Below are positions 8,538 to 17,448 of a DNA stretch of 64,000 bases, one piece after another. Where the stretch lies: assembly GCA_963713865.1 (NCBI GenBank), contig OY970208.1:1088001-1152000 (forward strand). The letters are read 5' to 3'. The translations under genes and the position numbers were made by a program. The stretch comes from an uncultured candidate division Zixibacteria bacterium. GTDB taxonomy: Bacteria > Zixibacteria > MSB-5A5 > RBG-16-43-9. The notes under the pieces are model-generated. The model searched no databases. It was not told the DNA's origin and saw only the letters and a program-made list of their open reading frames with translations. The stretch's first letter is position 1. Every line of letters begins with the position of its first letter.

Positions 8538-10224
8538 CATCTCCGCGCAGATATTCGATTACTGGATAAGTAAACGTATTGACCTCTCCTGGTGGTGGAA
8601 TGGGGAAATTTTGTGCCAGAGGTTTATCCTCGTTTCCATCTAATTTTATGGTTATAGAATAGTGTCCTGTATCTGCATCAGGCTCTCTTTTGACTTTAAT
8701 AAGATATTCACCTAATAAGGGATTAGGTATAGTCACCTTATCCTGGTCATTAGTTGTATCGTAAGTGGCATCTAAGATGGTGTTAAAATCTATTCCGATT
8801 GAGTCTCCGCTTGGGTCGGTTACGATTAAATCCACTGGTGAGTAAGCCTTAAAATACAAGGTATCAGCTCTCTGTCCTATATGGAAATATTTGATAGTGG
8901 TGTAATCAGGGCCTGTTCCACTACCCGTGCTATATCCTGTGACATAGACATTTCCAGAACCATCAACAGCTATATCAGAAGCGATATCAGCAGAATTACT
9001 CTCCCCGTTGTATGTTACTATCCAGTGAAGGTATCCATTCAGGTCATACTTTAGAGTAACATAATCGAAATCTGTTAAATTCCCTCTGCTCCATCCAGCC
9101 ACATAAACATTGCCTTCACCATCAATGGTTATTGCTTGACCCCCGTCGCTATTGTTATCCGGATCGTTTTCTCTTCTTACCCAGGCAGTATCTCCATCCG
9201 GATGATATTTAATGGTGACGATGTCGTCGTTTATTCCACTGCCTCCCGCGCTAGATCCGGTCACATAGGCATTTCCAGAACCGTCTACAGACATAGCAAG
9301 AGCATCATCATAGTCGTTAGCCGGTCCATCATATCTTTGTACCCAGGCAAGAGACCCATCGGAATAATACTTTACGGTGGTATAGTCATAAGAAGAAGCG
9401 GATAGACTTGTTCCGGTCACATAGACATTACCAGCACCATCTACACCTATTGCCTTAGCATAATCCGTGGAATCTCCTGTTCCATTGTATCTTCTTACCC
9501 AGGCAGGATCACCATTGGGGTAGTACTTAATGGTGGTATAGTCATAGTCTGACCCTCCGCCGTAACTATGCCCGGTAACATAGACGTTGCCAGAATCATC
9601 TACGGCTATGGCATTAGCATAATCAGCGCCGTTTGCCGGGCCATTATATCTTCTCACCCAATTCTCATTTCCAAGTGCATCATACTTTACCGTTGCATAG
9701 TCATGGCCGGTTGAATCACCGTAACTATAGCCAGTCACATAGACATTTCCAGGACCGTCAACTGCCATGGCAGTAGCGTGGTCGTTTAAATTTACAGTTG
9801 AGTTATTATATTTCCTCACCCAGGCAGTATCTCCTGTGGCAGCATTATACTTTATGGTAACATAGTCATAGGAAGTTACAGCGTTAACGCTCCATCCGGT
9901 TACATAGACATAGCCAGAACTATGTGTGACTATAGCTTGAGCTTTATCTTCGTTGTCTGCTGTTCCGTTGTATGTTTTCACCCAGGCAACAGCCCCATCA
10001 GGATAATATTTGACTGTAGCATAATCCGGTAGAGGTTCCGTCCCAAGGGGAGTAACATAACCCGTAACGTAAACATTGCCAGAGCCATCTACAGCCAGGG
10101 CATTGGCTACATCCGTCCCATGTGAGTAGTCATACCTTCTCACCCAGGCAGTATCAACTGGTTGAGCGAACGCAGGCACACTAACTAAAAGCATAACCAC
10201 CAAAATGATTAGCTTCTTAAACAT
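8353..10224 (-). CDS. Secreted SBBP-repeat beta-propeller protein with C-terminal dockerin (paralog 1)
   Basis: Signal peptide, about 8 repeats of 'AWVRRYNG..D.A.AIAVD.SGNVYVTG.S..DY.T.KY', and dockerin 'GDANMDKKTTVSDVIFLINYLFKGGP'. Confidence 0.92.
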   Translation of the reverse strand: MFKKLIILVVMLLVSVPAFAQPVDTAWVRRYDYSHGTDVANALAVDGSGNVYVTGYVTPLGTEPLPDYATVKYYPDGAVAWVKTYNGTADNEDKAQAIVTHSSGYVYVTGWSVNAVTSYDYVTIKYNAATGDTAWVRKYNNSTVNLNDHATAMAVDGPGNVYVTGYSYGDSTGHDYATVKYDALGNENWVRRYNGPANGADYANAIAVDDSGNVYVTGHSYGGGSDYDYTTIKYYPNGDPAWVRRYNGTGDSTDYAKAIGVDGAGNVYVTGTSLSASSYDYTTVKYYSDGSLAWVQRYDGPANDYDDALAMSVDGSGNAYVTGSSAGGSGINDDIVTIKYHPDGDTAWVRRENDPDNNSDGGQAITIDGEGNVYVAGWSRGNLTDFDYVTLKYDLNGYLHWIVTYNGESNSADIASDIAVDGSGNVYVTGYSTGSGTGPDYTTIKYFHIGQRADTLYFKAYSPVDLIVTDPSGDSIGIDFNTILDATYDTTNDQDKVTIPNPLLGEYLIKVKREPDADTGHYSITIKLDGNEDKPLAQNFPIPPPGEVNTFTYPVIEYLRGDANMDKKTTVSDVIFLINYLFKGGPPPDPVYLGDVNCDDKTTVSDVVYLINYLFKGGPAPCS

Positions 10225-10283
10225 CTTTCCTCCTTTTTCAGGTTAGGGGAAGCAAGGTTCTTAACATTTATTTATTCAATAAA

Positions 10284-10311
10284 AGGATAATGCAAAAATA
10301 GGAAAAGTCAA
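10284..10311 (-). promoter_or_regulatory. Putative sigma-70 promoter, duplicated upstream of the paralog at about 12551-12578
   Basis: Minus strand TTGACT-N16-TATCCT upstream of an AGGAGG RBS. Conserved in both copies. Confidence 0.45.
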
Positions 10312-10428
10312 GCTAAATTCCTCTCACTAAACCCTAAGACAAGATACTCTTGACGGGTTTTGAAAGGTATAGTCCCAAAAAGGATCCTTTGGGATTCGAG
10401 AGGTGGGAGTAGCGCCCCTCTACCTCTA

Positions 10429-10801
10429 TCTGTTCAGAATTACATCTGCCTGATAGAATTTCTACAGGATTATTAGTGGAGATTTTAATCGAGTGAGCCT
10501 TAACTTGCCCAGGGGGTCAAAATATTTTCAGGTTGGAAAAAGAAAAGGGACAGGCTTCATTTGTCTGTCCCTTTGTTAATAGGTAATTTTCCTATCTGGT
10601 TGATAAGAACTTCTTTTTAGCTACAGGGTGCTGGTCCACCTTTGAAAAGATAATTGATTAGATAAACCACATCGGAAACTGTTGTTTTATCATCACAGTT
10701 GACATCCCCTAAATACACAGGGTCAGGTGGAGGTCCTCCTTTGAACAGATAATTAATCAAGAAAATCACATCCGAGACAGTTGTTTTCTTATCCATATTC
10801 G
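10429..10801. repeat. Direct repeat copy 2
   Basis: Matches 8165-8537. Confidence 0.9.
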
Positions 10802-12491
10802 TATCTCCGCGCAGATATTCTATAACCTGATAAGTAAATGTATCAAACTGGTCTGGGGGTGGAATGGGGAAATTTTGTGCCAGAGGTTTATCCTCGTTTC
10901 CATCTAATTTTATGGTTATAGAATAGTGTCCTGTATCTGCATCAGGCTCTCTTTTGACTTTAATAAGATATTCACCTAATAAGGGATTAGGTATAGTCAC
11001 CTTATCCTGGTCATTGGTAATATCATAAATAGCACCTGGTATAGTATTGAAATCTATCCCGATTGAGTCTTCGCTTGGGTCTGTTACTATTATATCCACT
11101 GGCGAGTAGGCAGTTATTTTTAGGATATCACTTCTCTGTTGTAGAGGTACATATTTGATAGTAGCATAGTCATAATCTGTCCCACTGCCGTAACTACATC
11201 CAGCCACATAGACATTGCCGGAACCATCTACCACCACTGCCGCAGTAGAATCTGAACCATTTCCCGGCCCATTGTACCTTTTTACCCAAGCCATGTCTCC
11301 ATTAGAATAATACTTAACAGTAGCATAATCAGTATAATAATGAGGCATACAGAAAATATATCCGGAAACATAAACATTACCAGAATTATCTATGGCTATT
11401 GCAGAAGCATAGTCATCCAAGTTGTCAGGCCCATTGTATCTTCTTACCCAAGCAGTATCTCCATTGGGATAATATTTCAGAGTAGCATAGTCCATATTCC
11501 AACGTCCTCTGCTATAGCCAGTAACATAAATATTGCCAGAATTATCTACGGTCATAGAAACAGCGTGATCATCCAAGGCCCAATCTATTCCATCGTATCT
11601 TCTAACCCAAGCAAGATCTCCATTGGGATAATATTTCAGGGTGGCATAATCATAATCTGTCCCACTGCCGTAACTCCATCCAGTCACATAGACATTACCT
11701 GAACCATCTACAGCTAAGTCGTAAGCTACATCCTCACCATTTCCCGGGCCGTTGTACCGTCTTACCCAGGCAGTATCTCCATTGGGATAATATTTCAGGG
11801 TAGCATAATCATAGCCTGTTACACTACCAATAGACTGACCAGTCACATAGACATTGCCAGAATTATCCACAGCTATGGCTTGGGCTATGTCGTCACTGTT
11901 TCCCGGTCCATTATATCTTGCTACCCATAGCTCATCCCCTGCAGAATCGTACTTTATAGTCACATAGTCACGATATGTCAGACTGTCGTAGCTAAGTCCG
12001 GTTACAAAAACATTCATAGAATTATCTACCGCTATTCCACGAGCCCAATCATCACCATTTCCTGATCCATTATATCTTCTTATCCAGGCGGTATCTCCGT
12101 TGGGGTAGTACTTTATCGTAGTATAGTCGTAATCTATTCCAATACCACCGTAACTGTATCCGGTTACACAGATATTATTATAACTATCCAAGGTTATAGC
12201 AGAAGCGCCATCAATGTAATTTGCTGGCCCATTATATCTTCTTACCCAGGCAGGGTCTCCGATAGTATTATACTTTATAGTAGCATAGTCATAATTTGTT
12301 CCAGTGCCACCGTAACTACATCCAGTAACATAGATATTGCCAGAATTATCTACTGCGATACCATTAGCATAGTCCCCACCGTATCCCAAGGGTCCGTTGT
12401 ACCTTCTCACCCAGGCAGTAACAAAGTCTTGAGCTAAGACGGGGATGCTTGACAAAAGAAGAACCAGCAGAATCATTAGCTTCTTAAACAT
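10617..12491 (-). CDS. Secreted SBBP-repeat beta-propeller protein with C-terminal dockerin (paralog 2)
   Basis: Same architecture as 8353-10224, with a near-identical C-terminus. Confidence 0.92.
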   Translation of the reverse strand: MFKKLMILLVLLLSSIPVLAQDFVTAWVRRYNGPLGYGGDYANGIAVDNSGNIYVTGCSYGGTGTNYDYATIKYNTIGDPAWVRRYNGPANYIDGASAITLDSYNNICVTGYSYGGIGIDYDYTTIKYYPNGDTAWIRRYNGSGNGDDWARGIAVDNSMNVFVTGLSYDSLTYRDYVTIKYDSAGDELWVARYNGPGNSDDIAQAIAVDNSGNVYVTGQSIGSVTGYDYATLKYYPNGDTAWVRRYNGPGNGEDVAYDLAVDGSGNVYVTGWSYGSGTDYDYATLKYYPNGDLAWVRRYDGIDWALDDHAVSMTVDNSGNIYVTGYSRGRWNMDYATLKYYPNGDTAWVRRYNGPDNLDDYASAIAIDNSGNVYVSGYIFCMPHYYTDYATVKYYSNGDMAWVKRYNGPGNGSDSTAAVVVDGSGNVYVAGCSYGSGTDYDYATIKYVPLQQRSDILKITAYSPVDIIVTDPSEDSIGIDFNTIPGAIYDITNDQDKVTIPNPLLGEYLIKVKREPDADTGHYSITIKLDGNEDKPLAQNFPIPPPDQFDTFTYQVIEYLRGDTNMDKKTTVSDVIFLINYLFKGGPPPDPVYLGDVNCDDKTTVSDVVYLINYLFKGGPAPCS

Positions 12492-12848
12492 CTTTCCTCC
12501 TTTTTCAGGTTAGGGGAAGCAAGGTTCTTAACATTTATTTATTCAATAAAAGGATAATGCAAAAATAAGAAAAGTCAAGGTAAATTCCTGTCAGTTAGCC
12601 CTCAGACAAAAGACCCCTGACAGGCTTTAAGTAGGCATAGCCCCATATGGGAATTCTTTAGGATTCGAGGGGTAGCATCCCCTATACTTATCAGATTACT
12701 ATTTAGTTTAGCAGAGAGAATCTAAAGGTAATTTTATAGATAGAGATTACTGAAGAAGGTTTAACTAATTTCCATTTTGCTCCATTATTACTGCTAAAAA
12801 GTTCTTTACATCAATTATCTTATTAATTAAATTTATGAAGAATTTTGT

Positions 12849-15020
12849 ATGAAAAAAGAATCTGAAGATAAAACCCAGGACAATAAATCTTTTCTAAGAT
12901 TTAACCTGCTTATAGCTCTTCTGTGCGGGCTTTTAATCTTGGCTCATTTTCTCTCTTCTTTTTTCCCGAAAAGCAGATTGTGGGGGATTAACCATCTGGC
13001 ATATTTCCCTCTATGGGTGAGGCTTGTTTTCACCTTTCTGGGGCTTTTAGTCCTTGTGCCCGGGATTAACTCAAAAGTTTATAGCCTCTTTGAGCTGATC
13101 CTTTCATTTTTCCAGAGGATTTTTGCCAAGAGGGAAGTTTTAGGTTATGCCTTTTTAATTTTAGTTTCTATGTTCTTCTTCTGGCTTCTGAAGACCAAAA
13201 CCCATTTCTTGGGGGATGGTTATTATTCCATCTATCAGTTGAATACTGAAAAATATATAAGAATCGGCATAGAGCCTCTGGAGATCTTCGCTCATCTTTA
13301 TATCTATAAGTTCTTGAAGTTATTCTTTACACCTTCAGGTGAGGGTGTATATGCGGGAATGAGCATCTTAGCAGGTGGGGTCTTTGTCTTCTTTTCTTCT
13401 TTTCTGAGCAGGAGTTTAGCTGAGGATAGATTCGATAGAACGGTTATCTTCTCCTTACTTATTTTCTCCGGGGCAACCCAGCTTTTCTTAGGGTATGTTG
13501 AACATTATACCTTAACCTATGTCAGCGCTTTGGCCTATATTTATTTCTCCTTGAGGTATCTTCAGGGCAAAGGCAAAATCTTTTTACCAATATTTACCTG
13601 CATCCTCTCCGTAGCTTTCCATTTCTCCTTAGCCTACCTTCTTCCCTCACTTTTCTTTTTGTTTATCTTAAGAGAGAATAAAGGGGAGCTGGTCTTCAAT
13701 TTGAATAAAGCCTTACCCTATATTTTAATCCTTTTTTCCATACTTTTGCTTTCGGTCTATTATATCTGGAGTATGCATCATTTTTTGCTGGAGATTTTCA
13801 TCCCTTTTCTGAAAGAGAGGGCGTATGCACCAGGATATACCCTTTTTTCCTTTTCTCACCTTTTGGATATGCTCAATCAGTATCTTCTCCTTTCCCCGGC
13901 CGGGCTGATTTTACTTATAAGCCTGGCTGGGGTTTATAAAAATAAAATAAAATTGAAAGATCCGATCATAGTTTTCCTGATAATAGTCGGCATTGGACAG
14001 TTTCTCTATCACTTTTCAGTTGACCCTAAGTTTGGGGCAGTTAAAGACTGGGACTTGTTCTCCAGCGTAGCGTTAGGCTTTACCCTCTTAAGTATCTATC
14101 TGTTTATCAATTTAATTGAATCTAAAAGGTATTCGGGTGTAGTTTTGCTTTTCACCGCTTTACTCTCCACTCTCCCCTTTTTTATGCTGAATGCAAATGA
14201 CGGACGAGCCATCGCTCGGCTGAAAGATTTCCTGGATTTAGATGTGAAACGCGGCCTAGCTGGTAGATACTCCCTGATTACCTATTACCTTCAGCAGGAC
14301 AATCCGATAGAGGCTGAAAAGATCCGGGCTGAAATCTATAAGGCCTTTCCAGAAGACTCCTTAAATCGTATGGCGAAATTTTATATGAAATCAGGTAACC
14401 TGGATAAGGCTACCAGCTTGTTGAAAAGGGTGGTGGAGTTGAATCCGAGATATCAGGTGGCTTATAATGACCTGGGGATGATCTATCTAAAACAGGGTAA
14501 AATAGATCAAGCGATTGAGCTTTTTAAGTCGATTCTACAGACCGATCCTTTTAACCCTCAGGTTCACGTGAACTTAGGGTTAGCCTTTATGCTTAAAGAG
14601 GAGCTGGGGGAAGCCAAAAAGGAATTGGAGAAGAGCATAGAGTTCGGTATAAAAAAACCAGAGGTTTACTTTGACCTTGCCTCCATTTATTTGAGGCTTG
14701 GAGAAACGGAAAAAGCCATAAATTCATTTAAGGAAGCCCTGAGGATAAATCCCCGGTTTTATTATGCCCATTTCGGATTAGGACAGATCTATCTGGAGAT
14801 GAATTTGCTGGATGAGGCTCTGGCTGAATTTAGCCAGGTAGCAAAGCTACAGCCTGATTTTGCTTCATCTTATTATCATCTGGGGTTGGTTTATGAACGA
14901 AAAGGATTAAGAGAAAAAGCGATTGAGCAGTTCAAGCTATTTTTGAGATATAGTTCAGATGAGGCTCAAAATGAAAAGGTAAGAGGCTGGCTTCTAAAAC
15001 TTCGTTCCCAGAAGCCTTGA
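12849..15020 (+). CDS. Polytopic membrane protein (GT-C glycosyltransferase-like) with C-terminal TPR repeats
   Basis: About 12-13 hydrophobic segments, an acidic loop motif 'FLGDG', and C-terminal TPRs ('AYNDLGMIYL', 'AHFGLGQIYL'). Confidence 0.75.
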   Translation: MKKESEDKTQDNKSFLRFNLLIALLCGLLILAHFLSSFFPKSRLWGINHLAYFPLWVRLVFTFLGLLVLVPGINSKVYSLFELILSFFQRIFAKREVLGYAFLILVSMFFFWLLKTKTHFLGDGYYSIYQLNTEKYIRIGIEPLEIFAHLYIYKFLKLFFTPSGEGVYAGMSILAGGVFVFFSSFLSRSLAEDRFDRTVIFSLLIFSGATQLFLGYVEHYTLTYVSALAYIYFSLRYLQGKGKIFLPIFTCILSVAFHFSLAYLLPSLFFLFILRENKGELVFNLNKALPYILILFSILLLSVYYIWSMHHFLLEIFIPFLKERAYAPGYTLFSFSHLLDMLNQYLLLSPAGLILLISLAGVYKNKIKLKDPIIVFLIIVGIGQFLYHFSVDPKFGAVKDWDLFSSVALGFTLLSIYLFINLIESKRYSGVVLLFTALLSTLPFFMLNANDGRAIARLKDFLDLDVKRGLAGRYSLITYYLQQDNPIEAEKIRAEIYKAFPEDSLNRMAKFYMKSGNLDKATSLLKRVVELNPRYQVAYNDLGMIYLKQGKIDQAIELFKSILQTDPFNPQVHVNLGLAFMLKEELGEAKKELEKSIEFGIKKPEVYFDLASIYLRLGETEKAINSFKEALRINPRFYYAHFGLGQIYLEMNLLDEALAEFSQVAKLQPDFASSYYHLGLVYERKGLREKAIEQFKLFLRYSSDEAQNEKVRGWLLKLRSQKP

Positions 15021-15039
15021 TAATTTGGGAGAAAGAACC

Positions 15040-15205
15040 GCAGGGGCAATTCATGAATTGTTCCTACACTTTTCTCCAAACCTATTCTATTGGGTGGGGC
15101 TTAATTCCCTACGGATCCTAAGGCTTTTATCGACTGCCCCTACGCGGGCTTGATAAATCAAGCAACTACAGATATGGAGGTAGGGGTTCGATTTATTGAG
15201 CCCGA
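15040..15205. repeat. Cluster of degenerate GTAG/CTAC REP-like palindromes
   Basis: GCAGGGGCAATTCATGAATTGTTCCTAC, GCGGGCTTGATAAATCAAGCAACTAC and GTAGGGGTTCGATTTATTGAGCCCGA. Confidence 0.7.
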
Positions 15206-15326
15206 ATTGTCTCACAACAGCCCATCTTAACCCTTCATCATTTCACCCTTACAGCCGATAATTAGAATAGCGGAAAAGCCCCCGGATATAAGGAGGCTAA
15301 GAACAAATGCTATTTTAGAAAATTCT

Positions 15327-16487
15327 TTGCCAATGGATGATCTCAGACTACCAAAGCATAAGGAGAAAATAGGTTACAGGGGGAATACCTATGCGGTTGA
15401 AACAGAATACGATTTGTTGTTAGAACGGGTGTCGGTTAGACTGTTTAAGAATCGGAGGCTGGTCTCCTCCCGGTCAATAAAGATCAGAAGTGCTCAATCT
15501 GAAAAGACCCCGGATCAAACAGAAATTGAAAGGATAAAAGAGCAGATCGCTTATTATCATAGAGAAGAGTATGCTTTACTCCTCTCACTTTTCGAGCTTT
15601 CCCAGAAGTTAAAAGTCTCAGGTGATGGGCCTTCTCACCATAGTTTAGGGTTGATCTTTTTAGGGCGTGAGCTTTTAGAGGAAGCCAAGGAAGAATTCTT
15701 AAGTGCTCTGGTTAAGACCCCCAATTATTCCCTGGTTTACAATCATTTAGGCATAGTCTATCTGAAGTTAGGGATGGTAGATGAGAGCATAAAAAGTTTT
15801 CAGTCCGCCCTTAAGATCAACTCTGATTTTGCAGATTATCATCATAATTTAGGAAATGCAATCCTGGAAAAGAAAAATTACTTAGAGGCGGAAAAGGAGT
15901 TTAAGGAAGCTTTGAGACTGAATCCGAGATACCAGGAGGTTTACCTTAATTTAGGTTACAGCTGTCTGGAGTGGGGAAGGGAGGATAGGGACATAAGCAC
16001 AGATACCGTTTTGAAAGAAGCTTTAGATAATTTCAAAAGGGCTTATCAATATGGTTTTAAGAAAGACCTGCGCATGGAGGAGCTTTTAGAGAGAGCTTTC
16101 ACCTGGGAGGACCTCTCCCGGGTCTATATGATTTTGAGAAACCTGCTGACTGAAGGGAGCAGTCTGGATATCAAATCGCTCTGCGAATATTTCAGATTGC
16201 GTTTTAAATATGACCCTAAAGCAGTGGAGAAAAAAGAGGTGGAGGATTATCTTCTCCAGCTTTCAAGTGAGATAGTCGAGGGTAAAAACTATCCGGATTT
16301 AAGGTATTCTTTAGCTTTAAGTTATATTTTCTATTCCCGTTATTTTCTCAAGCTGGCAGAAAAACGATTTCAGAGTTACTTCCAATTGGAAAAAGATAAA
16401 AGCTCAGAAAAAAACAATTTTAAAATCACTGAGGAACTGGAGAAAAAAGTAGAGGAATTTTTGGAGGAGGTTGAGATCAAAGGTTAG
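15327..16487 (+). CDS. TPR-repeat protein
   Basis: TPR motifs ('VYNHLGIVYL', 'YHHNLGNAIL', 'VYLNLGYSCL'). ATG 15333 is the likely start. Confidence 0.85.
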   Translation: MPMDDLRLPKHKEKIGYRGNTYAVETEYDLLLERVSVRLFKNRRLVSSRSIKIRSAQSEKTPDQTEIERIKEQIAYYHREEYALLLSLFELSQKLKVSGDGPSHHSLGLIFLGRELLEEAKEEFLSALVKTPNYSLVYNHLGIVYLKLGMVDESIKSFQSALKINSDFADYHHNLGNAILEKKNYLEAEKEFKEALRLNPRYQEVYLNLGYSCLEWGREDRDISTDTVLKEALDNFKRAYQYGFKKDLRMEELLERAFTWEDLSRVYMILRNLLTEGSSLDIKSLCEYFRLRFKYDPKAVEKKEVEDYLLQLSSEIVEGKNYPDLRYSLALSYIFYSRYFLKLAEKRFQSYFQLEKDKSSEKNNFKITEELEKKVEEFLEEVEIKG

Positions 16488-16488
16488 T

Positions 16489-17436
16489 ATGCAGAATTCA
16501 GATCAGATGACACTCAAAGAGAAATTGAAACCGGGCTCAAAAGAGTTAAAGATCGATTTAGAAAATTATCCGCCCGGCATTATATCCCTGCTCGCTCTCA
16601 ATTTTAACAGTGAGGGATTTCCGGATAAGGGGGTCTCTTTCTTAATTTCGGCTCTAACCGAGGAGCCAGAGAGATGGGAGCTGTATGATAAATTAGTGAT
16701 TTTAGCTGTCAGAGCTGAAAAACCTGCCGAAGCAGAAAAGGCACTTTTAGAAGCGCATGCTCTTTTCCCGGATAATTCTCAGGTCTGCGGGAGCCTGGGG
16801 AAGCTCTGCTTTCTGCAGAGAAAATTTTTACCGGCAGAAGAATTTCTGGAAAAGAGTATAAAGCTTAATCCGGAAGACGGGGTAAACCACCTTTTTTTAG
16901 CCTTGAGCAGATTGGCTCTTTTTTCCGAAGAAGAGAGGATAGATTCTGCCGAATTCCAGGAGTTTTTAAAAATCGAGAGAGAGGTTCAGAAATTTAAAGA
17001 ATTAAATCCGGAGATGATCGATGACGCCCTTCTCAAAGGGGAAGAGCTTCTGGCCCAGGGGAATCATTCTGAAGCTTTTAAGTTTTTAGAAAAAAGTTTG
17101 AGTAATTATCTGGATAAAGAGATGGAGTTCTCCAGATTTCACCAGCTTTTCTGTTCTCTCTACCTTGAGTCCGGCAAATCAGATTTGGAGGAGCTGAAGG
17201 AGTATATCTACGAGCTGGAAAAAAAATTGAAGATTTCCTCACCCTCGGCCGAAACGTTAAACCGTCTGGGCTGCGCTTATCTGCTCTTCTTTATAAACCT
17301 GATTAAATCCGGCGAGGAACAATTAGAAAAGGCATTGAGTCTGGATCCGGAATTTGATGCGGCCTCAAAAGCACTGGATTTTTTGAAACACAAGAAAAAA
17401 GGTATGGCTGCTCTTCTCGATTCCCTGAAGTTTTAG
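16489..17436 (+). CDS. TPR-repeat protein
   Basis: TPR-like helices ('AEEFLEKSIKLNPED', 'LEKALSLDPEF'). ATG lies directly after the upstream stop. Confidence 0.75.
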   Translation: MQNSDQMTLKEKLKPGSKELKIDLENYPPGIISLLALNFNSEGFPDKGVSFLISALTEEPERWELYDKLVILAVRAEKPAEAEKALLEAHALFPDNSQVCGSLGKLCFLQRKFLPAEEFLEKSIKLNPEDGVNHLFLALSRLALFSEEERIDSAEFQEFLKIEREVQKFKELNPEMIDDALLKGEELLAQGNHSEAFKFLEKSLSNYLDKEMEFSRFHQLFCSLYLESGKSDLEELKEYIYELEKKLKISSPSAETLNRLGCAYLLFFINLIKSGEEQLEKALSLDPEFDAASKALDFLKHKKKGMAALLDSLKF

Positions 17437-17448
17437 GGAGGAAATAAT

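Noticed and set aside
8353-12491. Diversity-generating retroelement (template/variable repeat pair) in the duplicated SBBP genes
   Set aside because: No reverse transcriptase is in the window, both copies are full genes, and the differences are not confined to adenines.
15030-15210. CRISPR array
   Set aside because: The palindromes differ from each other, lack regular repeat-spacer periodicity, and no cas genes are present.
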